Shown piece after piece: positions 27,941 to 37,584 of a stretch of 64,000 nt of DNA (its first letter is position 1; each line of letters starts with the position of its first letter). The position numbers and the translations under genes are program-made. The notes below the pieces were generated by a model that was not told the DNA's origin, made no database searches, and worked only from the letters and a program-made list of their open reading frames with translations. Source of the stretch: Thermoanaerobaculia bacterium (GTDB taxonomy: Bacteria; Acidobacteriota; Thermoanaerobaculia; UBA5066); contig CAWFJJ010000024.1 in assembly GCA_963816185.1 (NCBI GenBank), positions 192,001 through 256,000 of the forward strand. The letters are read 5' to 3'.

Positions 27941-27941
27941 A

Positions 27942-28490
27942 GTGGGAATTCAAGCGTCCGTCCGCAGGGAGTACCGCCTCGTCGTCGCGGGCTTCGCCGC
28001 GGCCTTCGTCCTGGCTGGCGGAGCGACGACGGCCCTCAGACTCGGAGGGCGCAACTCCTACTTCAGGCCGGCCGTGCGCCAGCCCATCGCCTTCAATCAC
28101 AAAAAGCACGTCTCGGAGCTCGACCTTGGCTGTACCACGTGCCACCTCACGGTCGAGACGGAGGCGTTCTCCGGCCTGCCGGACGCCGACGTGTGCGCCG
28201 GCTGCCACCTCGAACCGCAGGGGAAGAGCGAGGAGGAGAAGAGGCTCGTGGAGATGCTGAAGAAAGGGACCGCTCTGGCCTGGAAGCCGCTGTTCCGGCA
28301 GCCGGCGCACATCTTCTACTCCCACCGCCGCCACGTGGTCGCCGCGAAGCTCCAATGCCGCGTCTGCCACGGCGCGATCGCGGATACCGTCGCGCCTCCC
28401 GTGCGCGTGAGGCGCCTCGTGATGAATGACTGCGTTTCGTGCCACCGAAAGAACAGTGTGTCGACGGACTGCACGGTGTGTCACCGGTGA
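27942..28490 (+). CDS. Pentaheme cytochrome c, QrcA/ActA-like
   Basis: N-terminal TM helix, QPIAFNHKKH, CTTCH, CAGCH, YSHRRH, CRVCH, MNDCVSCH, DCTVCH. Confidence 0.85.
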   Translation: MGIQASVRREYRLVVAGFAAAFVLAGGATTALRLGGRNSYFRPAVRQPIAFNHKKHVSELDLGCTTCHLTVETEAFSGLPDADVCAGCHLEPQGKSEEEKRLVEMLKKGTALAWKPLFRQPAHIFYSHRRHVVAAKLQCRVCHGAIADTVAPPVRVRRLVMNDCVSCHRKNSVSTDCTVCHR

Positions 28491-28531
28491 GAGAGCCGAC
28501 GGACCTCCCGACGGAACCCGAAGTGAAGGGA

Positions 28532-30928
28532 ATGGAGCGGCGCCGGTTCATCGGCCTCGCCATCGGGGCCGCTGCCGGAACCGCCCTCGGTATCCCGGCG
28601 GGGAGCGTCTTCAGCGGGATCCTCGGCTCCGCCGAAAGCCCGATCTATCCGCCGAAGGGGCCGGAGCGGTTCGCGCTCTCCGTTTGCGCTCTCTGCCCCG
28701 GCGGCTGCGGCGTGCGCGTGAGGAAGATCGGCGAGCGCGCCGTCAAGCTGGAAGGCAATCCGCTGCATCCCGTCAACGCCGGACGGCTCTGCCCGAAAGG
28801 ACAGGCGGCGCTGCAGGGCCTTTACCACCCCGACCGCGTCCCCGGTCCGCTTCGACGGGTCGGGCCTCGCGGTTCCCTCCGCTCCTTCGAGCGTACGTCG
28901 TGGGAGAGCGCGCTCGGCGTGATCACGGCACGCCTCCGCTCGCTGCGGGACCGGAGGAGCCCGGAGTCTCTCGTGCTTCTCCGAAGCGGAATGGGCGGGA
29001 TCGGCGTCCGTGTCGCCCAGCGGTTCCTTTCTTCCTTCGGCTCGCCGAACGACGTGTCGCTCGACCGCGGCGAGGCGGCGGCATCCCTCGCCCTCTTCCT
29101 CGGGCAGGGAGTACGCGCGACTCCCGCTTACGACCTGCAGTCGACCGACTACGTGATCTCTCTCGGGGCCTCGCTCCTGGAAGCATCGAGCTCGCCCGTG
29201 CACACGACGCGCGCGTACGGCGAGTTCCGCCAGGGCCGGACGGGACGGCGCGGCAAGCTGGTCCAGGTCGAGCCGCGCCTCTCGCCGACGGCCGCTTCGG
29301 CGGACGAGTGGATCGCCGTCCGGCCCGGTACGGAGGGCATCTTCGCGCTCGGCGTCGCGGGCGTGATCGTCGCCGAGGGCCTCTACGACAAGGAATTCGT
29401 CCAGGAGCGAACGGCCGGCTTCGAGGAGGCGCGTGACGGGCGGCCGTCTTTGCGATCGCTGCTCGAGAGGCATTACGGCCTCGAGCGCGTCGCCTCCGAG
29501 ACGGGCATCTCGGTCAACGTGATCCTCCGTATCGCGCGCGAATTCGCCGCCGCGCGCAGCCGGCTTGCCGTCGGTCCGCGCCGGGGGCCGCTGCTGCCGG
29601 GCCGCCTCTTCGACCATCTCGCGGCGCAGGTCCTGAATGCGCTCGCGGGGAGCATCGACACGCCGGGAGGCGTCCTCGTGCCCGAAGAGGTGCCTCTCGC
29701 GAAGTGGCCGTCGCTCCCGCACGACCCGATCGCCGCGGCGGGCCGCGCGCAAGATCGGCTCGACGGCGACGGAACCGGCTCTCCGCTGGTCGCTTCCGAT
29801 CCGGAACGCCTCGCCGAGGCGATCCTGCAGGGAGTTCCCTACGCCGCCGACGTGGTGATGCTGGCCGGCGCGGATCCCCTCTATGCCTCGGCGGCTCCCG
29901 CGCGGCTCCTCGCCGCGCTCGAGCGCGTGCCGCTCGTCGTCTCGTTCAGCTCGATCGCAGACGACTCGGCGCTCCACGCCGACTGGATCCTGCCCGACGC
30001 GCACTTCCTCGAGCGCTGGGACCTCACCACGTCACCTCCCGGCGTCCCGTTTCCTGTCGCGAGCCTCGCGCAGCCGGCGGTGACAAAGTCGCGGCACGAC
30101 GTACGCCCCGTGACGGAGATTCTCCTCGACCTCGCGGCGCGGGTCGGGCCCGAGATGGCGGCCGCACTGCCGTGGAAGGACTTGCCGACGCTGATCCGGG
30201 CCGAGATGGACGGGCTCTACGGAGCGCGCCGCGGGGCCGTGATGGGTGAACCGTTCGACGAGGCCTGGGTACGGATGATGGAGGGCGCTGGATGGTGGGC
30301 GCCAGGCTACCAGTCGGCCGACGAGCTCTGGAAGAAAGCCGGAGAGTCGGGCGGCTGGTGGGATCCCTTCTACGACCATGGCGACTGGAAGCGAGTGCTC
30401 GCGACCAAGAGCGGCAGGTTCGATTTCCGCCCCGAGCTCCTTTCGCGCGTCGCGCGCGAGACGCCTGTCAGCGCCCCGGGAGAGCGCTCCGAACCGTCGA
30501 GCTCCCTCGCGCTCTACCTCTTCGAGCCGCTCCCGATCGCGGGAGGAACAGGAGCGGAGCTTCCGTTCCTCCCGGGGATCCTTGATCCCGGCCTCGAGGA
30601 GCGCTGGGAGACTTGGGCGGAGATCAACCCGGAGAGCGCGGCGCGGCTCGACATCGAGGACCGCGCCTGGATCCGCGTCGCGTCACCTCAAGGCGCGATC
30701 GTCGCCCGTGCGCGCGTCACGTCTCGCGTCGTGCCGGGCGTCGTCGCGATCCCGCTCGGCCTCGGAAAGCGCGCTGCGGGCCGCTGGGCCAGCGGGATCG
30801 GCGCGAATCCTCTCCAGCTCCTCTCGCCCGCACGCGACCCGCTGTGCGGCCTGCCCGATTTCGACGCGACGAAAGTCCAAGTCTCCGCTTATTCACCTCA
30901 TCGTCTCGTCGGGGAGAGGAGGGCGTAG
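28532..30928 (+). CDS. Tat-exported molybdopterin oxidoreductase-fold subunit (QrcB/ActB-like), probably non-catalytic
   Basis: Tat signal ERRRFIG; CALCPGGC...GRLCPKG [4Fe-4S] motif; VEPRLSPTAASADEW; ADWILP; C-terminal EINPESAARLDI domain; alternative GTG start at 28487. Confidence 0.85.
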   Translation: MERRRFIGLAIGAAAGTALGIPAGSVFSGILGSAESPIYPPKGPERFALSVCALCPGGCGVRVRKIGERAVKLEGNPLHPVNAGRLCPKGQAALQGLYHPDRVPGPLRRVGPRGSLRSFERTSWESALGVITARLRSLRDRRSPESLVLLRSGMGGIGVRVAQRFLSSFGSPNDVSLDRGEAAASLALFLGQGVRATPAYDLQSTDYVISLGASLLEASSSPVHTTRAYGEFRQGRTGRRGKLVQVEPRLSPTAASADEWIAVRPGTEGIFALGVAGVIVAEGLYDKEFVQERTAGFEEARDGRPSLRSLLERHYGLERVASETGISVNVILRIAREFAAARSRLAVGPRRGPLLPGRLFDHLAAQVLNALAGSIDTPGGVLVPEEVPLAKWPSLPHDPIAAAGRAQDRLDGDGTGSPLVASDPERLAEAILQGVPYAADVVMLAGADPLYASAAPARLLAALERVPLVVSFSSIADDSALHADWILPDAHFLERWDLTTSPPGVPFPVASLAQPAVTKSRHDVRPVTEILLDLAARVGPEMAAALPWKDLPTLIRAEMDGLYGARRGAVMGEPFDEAWVRMMEGAGWWAPGYQSADELWKKAGESGGWWDPFYDHGDWKRVLATKSGRFDFRPELLSRVARETPVSAPGERSEPSSSLALYLFEPLPIAGGTGAELPFLPGILDPGLEERWETWAEINPESAARLDIEDRAWIRVASPQGAIVARARVTSRVVPGVVAIPLGLGKRAAGRWASGIGANPLQLLSPARDPLCGLPDFDATKVQVSAYSPHRLVGERRA

Positions 30929-30931
30929 ACG

Positions 30932-31633
30932 ATGGCGCGCTGGGGAATGGTCATCGATCTCGACCGGTGTACTGCGTGCCAGGCCTGCGTCGTCGCCTGT
31001 CAGGTGGAGAACAACGTCGCGCCTCCGAGCGCCGGGCAGGCGACGAGAGGCCGCGCCATCTCGTGGCTGCGCCTCGTCCCGTTCAAGGAAAGCGAGCACG
31101 GGACGCGCCCCGGCCTCCGGCTGGTGCCGTTGCCCTGTATGCAATGCGACCGCCCCCCGTGCACGAAGGTCTGCCCCGTGCAGGCGACCCAGATCGACCG
31201 GGAAGGGCTCGTGGCCCAGGTTTACCCGCGCTGTATCGGCTGCCGGTACTGCACGACCGCTTGCCCGTACACCGTCCGACACTTCAACTGGGAGCGACCC
31301 GAGTGGCCGGAGCCGATGGCGGAAGGTCTGAATCCAGACGTCTCCGTCCGGCCTCGCGGCGTGGTGGAGAAGTGCAGCTTCTGCCATCACCGGCTCCAGC
31401 GCGCCAAGGACAAGGCGGCCGCCGAGAGCCGGCCGCTCAGGGACGGCGATTACGTGCCGGCCTGCGTCGAGACCTGCCCCGCGGGCGCGATGGTCTTCGG
31501 GGACCTCGACGATCCGCGGAGCGCGGTGGTGCGGCTTTCCGAGAGTCCACGGGCGTTTCGGCTTCTCGAGGAGCTGGGCACTCGGCCGAAGGTGATCTAC
31601 CTGTCGAAAGGGGAATCCGGTGGAAGAGTCTGA
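30932..31633 (+). CDS. 4Fe-4S ferredoxin subunit (QrcC/NrfC/DmsB family)
   Basis: RWGMVIDLDRCTACQACVVAC, PCMQCDRPPCTKVCP, CIGCRYCTTACP, KCSFC..PACVETCP. Confidence 0.93.
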   Translation: MARWGMVIDLDRCTACQACVVACQVENNVAPPSAGQATRGRAISWLRLVPFKESEHGTRPGLRLVPLPCMQCDRPPCTKVCPVQATQIDREGLVAQVYPRCIGCRYCTTACPYTVRHFNWERPEWPEPMAEGLNPDVSVRPRGVVEKCSFCHHRLQRAKDKAAAESRPLRDGDYVPACVETCPAGAMVFGDLDDPRSAVVRLSESPRAFRLLEELGTRPKVIYLSKGESGGRV

Positions 31634-32978
31634 ACGGCGCGCCGAGGCCGGACTCGGCACGGACGCGCACCTGCTGCTCCCGATGTCGCGGACGGGGCCC
31701 CGCTTCTGGCTCCTCGTGGGAGGCCTCCTTGCGATCGCGTGCTGGGGGCTCTTCGCGTGGTCCACGCAGCTCCGCCGGGGCCTGTTCGTCACGGGCCTGA
31801 ACGTGCCTGTCTACTGGGGCCTCTACATCACGAACTTCGTCTTCTTCATCGGAATCAGCCACGCAGGGACGCTCATCTCGGCCATCCTCCGCCTGGCTCA
31901 CGCCGAATGGCGCCGGCCCATCACGCGCGCGGCCGAGGTCATCACGGTCCTGGTGCTCTTCTTCGGCCTGGGGTGCGTCATCCTGGACCTGGGCCGACCG
32001 GACCGCGCCCTCAACGTGATCCTGCACGGCAATTTCACGTCCCCGCTCCTCTGGGACGTCGCGTCCATCAGCACCTATCTGACCGCGAGCACGATCTACC
32101 TCTATCTGCCGCTCATCCCGGACATCGCGATCCTCAGGGACAACTTTCAGGGCCGCCACTGGTTCTACCGCGCCCTGGCCCTCGGCTGGACGGGGACTCC
32201 CCGACAGCACCGGCTCCTGGAAAGGGCGATCGCGGTGATGGCGGTCGTCGTGATCCCGATCGCAATCAGCGTCCACACGGTCGTCTCGTGGGTCTTCGCG
32301 ATGACCGTGCAGCCGATGTGGCACTCGACGATCTTCGGGCCCTACTTCGTCGTGGGCGCGATCTTCTCAGGCATCGCCGCGATCATCGTCGCGATGGCGG
32401 CCATCCGCCGGGCATACCACCTCGAGGCGTATTTGAAGCCGATCCACTTCAACAACCTCGGGCTCCTGCTGCTGGTCTTCACGCTCCTCTGGTTCTACTT
32501 CACGTTCGCCGAGTTCCTCACGACCTACTACGGCGCCGAGCCGACGCACATGACGGTCTTCCTCTCCAAGACCGAGGGGAAGTTCTCGCCTTACTTCTGG
32601 GTCATGGTCGTCACGTGCTTCTTCGTCCCGTTCACGCTGCTCGCGAACAACCGGACGCGGAGAACGGTCTGGGGCTGCGTGGCCGCCTCCCTTTCGGTCG
32701 AGGTCGGGATGTGGCTCGAGCGCTTCCTCATCGTCGTTCCGAGCCTCTCGAACCCACGGCTCCCGCTCACCGCGTCCTCCTACACGCCGACCTGGGTGGA
32801 GTGGTCTCTCTTCGCCGCCTTCATCTCCTGCTTCATCCTCCTGTACGCCGTCTTCACGAAGCTCTTCCCGATCGTCTCGATCTGGGAGATCCGAGAGGGC
32901 CGCGAGCATGCGGTGAGCGAGGTCACCACGCGGATCGAGAGCTACCTGCCCGACGCGCTCGAGGCGACGCATGGCTGA
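31620..32978 (+). CDS. NrfD/PsrC-family quinone-interacting membrane subunit (ActC/QrcD-like)
   Basis: WGLYITNFVFFIGISHAGTLISAIL, RAAE, DLGRP, SPLLWD, HTVVS, WHSTIFGPYFVVGAIFSG; about 10 TM helices. Confidence 0.9.
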   Translation: MEESERRAEAGLGTDAHLLLPMSRTGPRFWLLVGGLLAIACWGLFAWSTQLRRGLFVTGLNVPVYWGLYITNFVFFIGISHAGTLISAILRLAHAEWRRPITRAAEVITVLVLFFGLGCVILDLGRPDRALNVILHGNFTSPLLWDVASISTYLTASTIYLYLPLIPDIAILRDNFQGRHWFYRALALGWTGTPRQHRLLERAIAVMAVVVIPIAISVHTVVSWVFAMTVQPMWHSTIFGPYFVVGAIFSGIAAIIVAMAAIRRAYHLEAYLKPIHFNNLGLLLLVFTLLWFYFTFAEFLTTYYGAEPTHMTVFLSKTEGKFSPYFWVMVVTCFFVPFTLLANNRTRRTVWGCVAASLSVEVGMWLERFLIVVPSLSNPRLPLTASSYTPTWVEWSLFAAFISCFILLYAVFTKLFPIVSIWEIREGREHAVSEVTTRIESYLPDALEATHG

Positions 32979-34197
32979 AGGCATTCTCGGGCGGCTCGCT
33001 CTCCTCTGCGTCGTGATTCCGGCGATGCTCCGGCCGAGCCCGGCGGAAGCCGGCTTCGGCGATCCTGCGAAAGGGCAATCGCTGTTCGTCTCGAAGGGAT
33101 GCGTCGAGTGTCACGCCGTGAGAGGCGCCGGAGGCCGCATCGGGCCCGATCTGGGCCGCACGGCGGTCAAGGGCTCCTTCTACGAAATCGCCGCGGCGCT
33201 CTGGAACCACTCGCTCACGATGAGCGACAAGATGAAGGAGTTCCGGCTTGTGCGGCCGAGCTTCCGGGACGACGAGCTCGCGGACCTCCTCGCGTTCCTC
33301 TATTTCCTGAACTACTTCGACGAGCCCGGAGATCCCAAGGTCGGCAAGGTCCTCTTCGCGCAGAAGCACTGCATCCAGTGCCACCGGCTCGGAAAGGAGG
33401 GCGGGAGCGCGGGCCCTCGCCTCGACGCACTTCCCCGGGGGACGTCGCCCCTCAGGATCGCGCAGGACCTCTGGAACCATGGGCCCGCGATGGTGCCGGC
33501 GATTCGCCGCCTCGGCCTCGACATCCCGAAGTTCAACGGGAGCGAGATCATCGACCTCTTCGCCTACCTGCGAAGCCAGGGCCAGAGACAGGCCGCGCAC
33601 GAATTCCGATCGGCGGGCGACCCCAAACGCGGCGGGCGGCTCTTCCGGGAGAAGGGGTGCTCGCGCTGTCACGCCGTGCTCGGGGAAGGAGCGGACATCG
33701 GACCGGACCTCGGAAGCGCCGAGCTGCGCGGCAGCGTCACGCAGCTGGCCGGCAGGATGTGGAACCACTGGCCGGCCATGGCCGAAGCGATGGGCACCCT
33801 CGGTATGGCGCCGCCGACCTTCAAGGGAGAGGATGTCGCGGACGTCTTCGCGTTCCTCTTCATCTCACGCTACGAGTCGCGGCCCGGCGATCTCGCGCGC
33901 GGCCGGGCGATCTACCGGCAGAAGGGGTGCGTCGTCTGCCACGGGCCGGACGGCAAGGGCGGCATCGGCACCTCGCTGAGGACCAGCAGCGGGGAGACAA
34001 AGGAGCAGATCACGCAGCGGATGTGGAACCACGTTCCGCAGATGCGCGACAAGATGGGAGATCACCAGATTCCCTGGCCCCGCTTCGACGCGGAGGAGCT
34101 CGCCGCGCTGCAGGCTCTTCTCGCCGACGGGTGGAAGAGCGAGCCCGCGCCGCAGAGAGCCTTGACGAAACAACGAGGAGGAGGAGGTTCACGATGA
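32971..34197 (+). CDS. Secreted tetraheme cytochrome c with four WNH-type monoheme repeats (paralog of 26732-27940)
   Basis: Signal peptide ending PAEA; CVECH, CIQCH, CSRCH, CVVCH, each followed by (L/M)WNHxxxM. Confidence 0.87.
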   Translation: MAEGILGRLALLCVVIPAMLRPSPAEAGFGDPAKGQSLFVSKGCVECHAVRGAGGRIGPDLGRTAVKGSFYEIAAALWNHSLTMSDKMKEFRLVRPSFRDDELADLLAFLYFLNYFDEPGDPKVGKVLFAQKHCIQCHRLGKEGGSAGPRLDALPRGTSPLRIAQDLWNHGPAMVPAIRRLGLDIPKFNGSEIIDLFAYLRSQGQRQAAHEFRSAGDPKRGGRLFREKGCSRCHAVLGEGADIGPDLGSAELRGSVTQLAGRMWNHWPAMAEAMGTLGMAPPTFKGEDVADVFAFLFISRYESRPGDLARGRAIYRQKGCVVCHGPDGKGGIGTSLRTSSGETKEQITQRMWNHVPQMRDKMGDHQIPWPRFDAEELAALQALLADGWKSEPAPQRALTKQRGGGGSR

Positions 34198-34767
34198 AAT
34201 CGATCGCTCAGCGAGTCCGGTTGGGCGCCCTTGCGGCGCTCGCGGCGGCGGCCCTCGGCCAGACGGCCGGCGCCGAGCCCGCCTACGTCGGCGCGAAGAG
34301 ATGCAAAGGATGCCACCTCAAGGAGTTCACGTCCTGGTCGGAAACCAGGATGTCGAAGGCCTTCGAGCTCCTGAAGCCCGGCGTTTCCGCCGAGGCGAAG
34401 ACGAAGGCGAAGCTCGATCCGAAGAAGGACTACTCGACGGATGCGAACTGCCTCCCGTGCCACACGACCGGCTACGGGAAGCCCGGCGGCTTCGCCGACG
34501 TCGCGACCACGCCTGATCTCGTCGGCGTGCAATGCGAGATGTGCCACGGGCCGGGGGGCACGTACTCTCCAGAAGCAGTACATGAGTCTCCAAAACAAAG
34601 AGTACAAGAAAGCCGAGCTCGTGAAGGTGGGTCTGATCGGGCAGATCGGCAAAGACACGTGCGTGAGCTGCCACAACTCCAAGAGCCCGTTCTTCAAGGC
34701 TTTCAACTTCGAGGAGAGGAAGGCGAAGGGAATCCACACGAAGGTTCCGTTGAAGTACGCGCACTGA
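34194..34767 (+). CDS. Cytochrome c554-family tetraheme protein, interrupted by a +1 frameshift near 34567
   Basis: Signal peptide; YVGAKRCKGCH, AKLDPKKDYSTDANCLPCH, VGVQCEMCHGPG; second frame gives CVSCH...FNFEERKAKGIH; total length 574 nt = 3n+1. Confidence 0.8.
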
Positions 34768-34861
34768 GCGGCGCGCGCTCGAAGGGGGCAGGGGAGCGGG
34801 AGGCTGCGGCGGGAAGGCTCCCGGCGTCGTCTGCGACTATATTGGTGCAGGACCGGGGCCC

Positions 34862-36181
34862 ATGAGGAAAGCGGAGCGCGACCCGCATTGGTCAGGGTGG
34901 CAGTGGGCCACTCTGATGCTGTCGAGCGTCAGCATCGTCGCTGCGGTGTTCGCGACGTGGGAGCTGGTGGAGAACCGCCTCTTCCGGAGCGTCGACTACG
35001 TCACGCTTCACACGCTCTACATCACGCGCGGGATGACGTCCTCTCTGCTCCTGGCCTCGTGGGCGGCGTGGTACGTGCTCCGGCAGCGCCGGCAGAGCGA
35101 GGCCGAGCTCCGCCGGTCGCGCGAGCACTACCGTCATCTCCTCGAGGCTTCGCCCGGCGCCGTTGCGCTCTACGACTCTTCGCTCCGCGTCACTGAGTGG
35201 AACGAGGCCGCCGAGCGCCTTTACGGATTCAGCAAGACCGACGTGATCGGCCGCGAGCTCCCGACCGTTCCCGATGAGAAAAGGGCGGAGCTGCGGGACC
35301 TCCTGCGGAAGGTGGACGCCGGGGATCCGATCGCGGTCGTCGAGACGCTGCGACGCGACGCACGCGGGGAGCTGCTCGAGGTGCAGCTCAGCGTGCTTCC
35401 GTTCCGGGAGCGCGGGAGTCCCAGCAATTTCCTGGAGGTCACCGAGGACATCCGCGAGCGTGTGCGGCTCCGGCAGACGCTCCTGGAGGTCGAGAAGCTC
35501 ACGAGCATCGGGAAGACCGCGGCGGGGACCGCCCATCATCTCAATACTCCTCTCGCCGCCATGCTCCTGCGCGTCCAGATGATGCGGGAGCGGGTGACCG
35601 ACGGGGCGACGGCCTCCGACCTCGAGCGCCTCGAGAGCAGCCTCCAGTTCTGCCAGCAGTTCGTGCGTCGTCTCCTGGAATTCAGCAGCCGACCGGCCGC
35701 GCAGAAGCAGCCCGAAGACGTCGCTCACACGCTCGAATCCGTCGTCAGCTTCCTGGCCCCCTCGCTGAACGCCCGCCACGCACGCGTCTCGATGGACCTC
35801 GGCGCCGTGAACGGCGCAAGAGTCCTCGCCGACCGAAACCTGCTGGAGGCCCTCTTCTCGATCATCCTGAGCAACGCGCTCGACGCCATCTGCGACGGCG
35901 GCAGGATCGCGATCCGGTGCCGCCCCCCCGAGGGCCGATCGCTCGAGGTCGACATTGCCGACGACGGCTGCGGCATCGCGCCGGCTGACCACGCGCACGT
36001 GTTCGAGCCGTTCTTCTCGACGAAGGGACCCGGCAGGGGAACCGGGCTCGGGCTCGCAATCGCACGGCGCATCGTCATCGAGCACGGCGGCTCCATCCGT
36101 CTGCAGGACGCGCCCGGCGGCGGCACGATCGCGTCGATCACGCTCCCCCTCCTGCAGCCGGAAGTCGCGGGGCCGCCATGA
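34862..36181 (+). CDS. Membrane-bound PAS-domain sensor histidine kinase
   Basis: Two TM helices, PAS (WNEAAERLYGFS), H-box AHHLNTP, N-box NALDA, DDGCG, FEPFFSTK, GTGLGL. Confidence 0.92.
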   Translation: MRKAERDPHWSGWQWATLMLSSVSIVAAVFATWELVENRLFRSVDYVTLHTLYITRGMTSSLLLASWAAWYVLRQRRQSEAELRRSREHYRHLLEASPGAVALYDSSLRVTEWNEAAERLYGFSKTDVIGRELPTVPDEKRAELRDLLRKVDAGDPIAVVETLRRDARGELLEVQLSVLPFRERGSPSNFLEVTEDIRERVRLRQTLLEVEKLTSIGKTAAGTAHHLNTPLAAMLLRVQMMRERVTDGATASDLERLESSLQFCQQFVRRLLEFSSRPAAQKQPEDVAHTLESVVSFLAPSLNARHARVSMDLGAVNGARVLADRNLLEALFSIILSNALDAICDGGRIAIRCRPPEGRSLEVDIADDGCGIAPADHAHVFEPFFSTKGPGRGTGLGLAIARRIVIEHGGSIRLQDAPGGGTIASITLPLLQPEVAGPP

Positions 36182-37560
36182 CCGAACGTGACGACTCGCC
36201 CCATCCGTGCGGGATCCTGATCGTCGACGACGACGCGAGCCTCGCGACGACCCTCCAGGATTTCCTGCGACAGGAAGGATATTCAGTCGAGATCGCGCTT
36301 TCCGCCACCGAGGCGCTGGCGGTGCAAGAGCGCAACCCGTACCTCGCGGTTGCGCTCATCGACCTCATCATGCCGGGGACAGACGGCCTGGCGCTGATGG
36401 AGGAGCTCCAGCGCCGAAACCCCGACCTCGCCGTCGTGATCATGACGGGCTACGGCACGATCGAGACGGCCGTCGAGGCCGTCAAGCGCGGGGCCGAAGA
36501 CTACGTGACCAAACCATTCGAACATCAGGTCATCCGGAAAAAGATCGGGCGCCTGATGGAGGTCTTCGAGCTTCGGGAGCACGTGACGCAGCTTGAGGCG
36601 AGCCTCGAGCGCTCGCCCTGTTTCGCGTCGATGGTCACGGTCTCGCCCCTCATGCACCGCGTGATCGAGCGGGCGCGCGTGGCGGCTCGGACGGAGGCGC
36701 CGGTTCTGATTCTCGGCGAGACCGGGACGGGCAAGGAGATGCTGGCCCGCGCGATCCACGACGCCAGCCCCCGCGCCCGCGGGCCGTTCGTGCCCGTGAA
36801 TTGCGGCGCCTTGCCGCGCGAGCTCGTCGAGAGCGAGCTCTTCGGATCCCGGCGCGGGGCCTTCACTGGCGCCTATGCCGACGCGCCCGGAGTCTTCGCG
36901 GCCGCGACGCATGGGACGGTTTTCATGGACGAGATCGGCGAGATGCCGAAGGACGCCCAGGTGAAGTTGCTCCGCGTCTTCGAGGAAGGCGAGGTGCGTC
37001 CCGTGGGGAGCCCGACGGCGGTCCGGGTCGACGTGCGGGTCGTCTCGGCCTCGAACAGGCCGCTTGCGGCGCTCCGCACGGAGCGGCTGCGCGAAGACTT
37101 CTATTTTCGGATCGCGACGGTCGTCATCGAGATCCCGCCGCTCCGCTCGCGGCTGGAGGACGTCTTCGTGCTCGCCCAGCACTTCGTGGGCCGGCTGGCG
37201 CGACAGACCGGGCGGGAGATCACGCTCTCGCGCCCCGCGCTCGAGCTTCTCCTGAACCATCCGTACGCCGGGAACGTGCGGGAGCTCGAGAGCGTGCTGC
37301 TCAGCGCCACGGCCGTCTCGCTCGAAAACCCCCAGACGATCAACGACAAGGACCTCAGGCCGCTCCTGAAGGACTCGGGAAGCCCGCCGCTCCAGGCATT
37401 CACCGGGGACCAGCCGCTCTCGATGGAGCGCCTCGAACAGATGGCGATCCAGCAGGCGCTTCGTCTTTCCGAGGGGAACCGTACGAAGGCCGCGTCCCTG
37501 CTCGGCATCTCCCGCGACACTTTGTACCGGAAGCTCAAACAGGCTAAGACTGAAAGCTGA
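36178..37560 (+). CDS. Sigma54-dependent response regulator (NtrC/AtoC family)
   Basis: Receiver (IVDDD, DLIMP, TKP), AAA+ GETGTGKE, ESELFG, GAFTGA, DEIGEM, GNVREL, Fis HTH (NRTKAASLLGISRDTLYRKL). Confidence 0.95.
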   Translation: MTERDDSPHPCGILIVDDDASLATTLQDFLRQEGYSVEIALSATEALAVQERNPYLAVALIDLIMPGTDGLALMEELQRRNPDLAVVIMTGYGTIETAVEAVKRGAEDYVTKPFEHQVIRKKIGRLMEVFELREHVTQLEASLERSPCFASMVTVSPLMHRVIERARVAARTEAPVLILGETGTGKEMLARAIHDASPRARGPFVPVNCGALPRELVESELFGSRRGAFTGAYADAPGVFAAATHGTVFMDEIGEMPKDAQVKLLRVFEEGEVRPVGSPTAVRVDVRVVSASNRPLAALRTERLREDFYFRIATVVIEIPPLRSRLEDVFVLAQHFVGRLARQTGREITLSRPALELLLNHPYAGNVRELESVLLSATAVSLENPQTINDKDLRPLLKDSGSPPLQAFTGDQPLSMERLEQMAIQQALRLSEGNRTKAASLLGISRDTLYRKLKQAKTES

Positions 37561-37584
37561 ACGACGCGGTCGTTACCTCCACCC

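Noticed and set aside
28532-30928. Catalytic arsenate, polysulfide or nitrate reductase call
   Set aside because: No recognisable Mo-ligand motif and no TorD-family chaperone; the context fits a Qrc/Act-type electron-transfer subunit
34194-34767. Ammonia or hydroxylamine oxidation implied by c554
   Set aside because: No hao, cycB or amo genes in the window; c554-family domains are widespread
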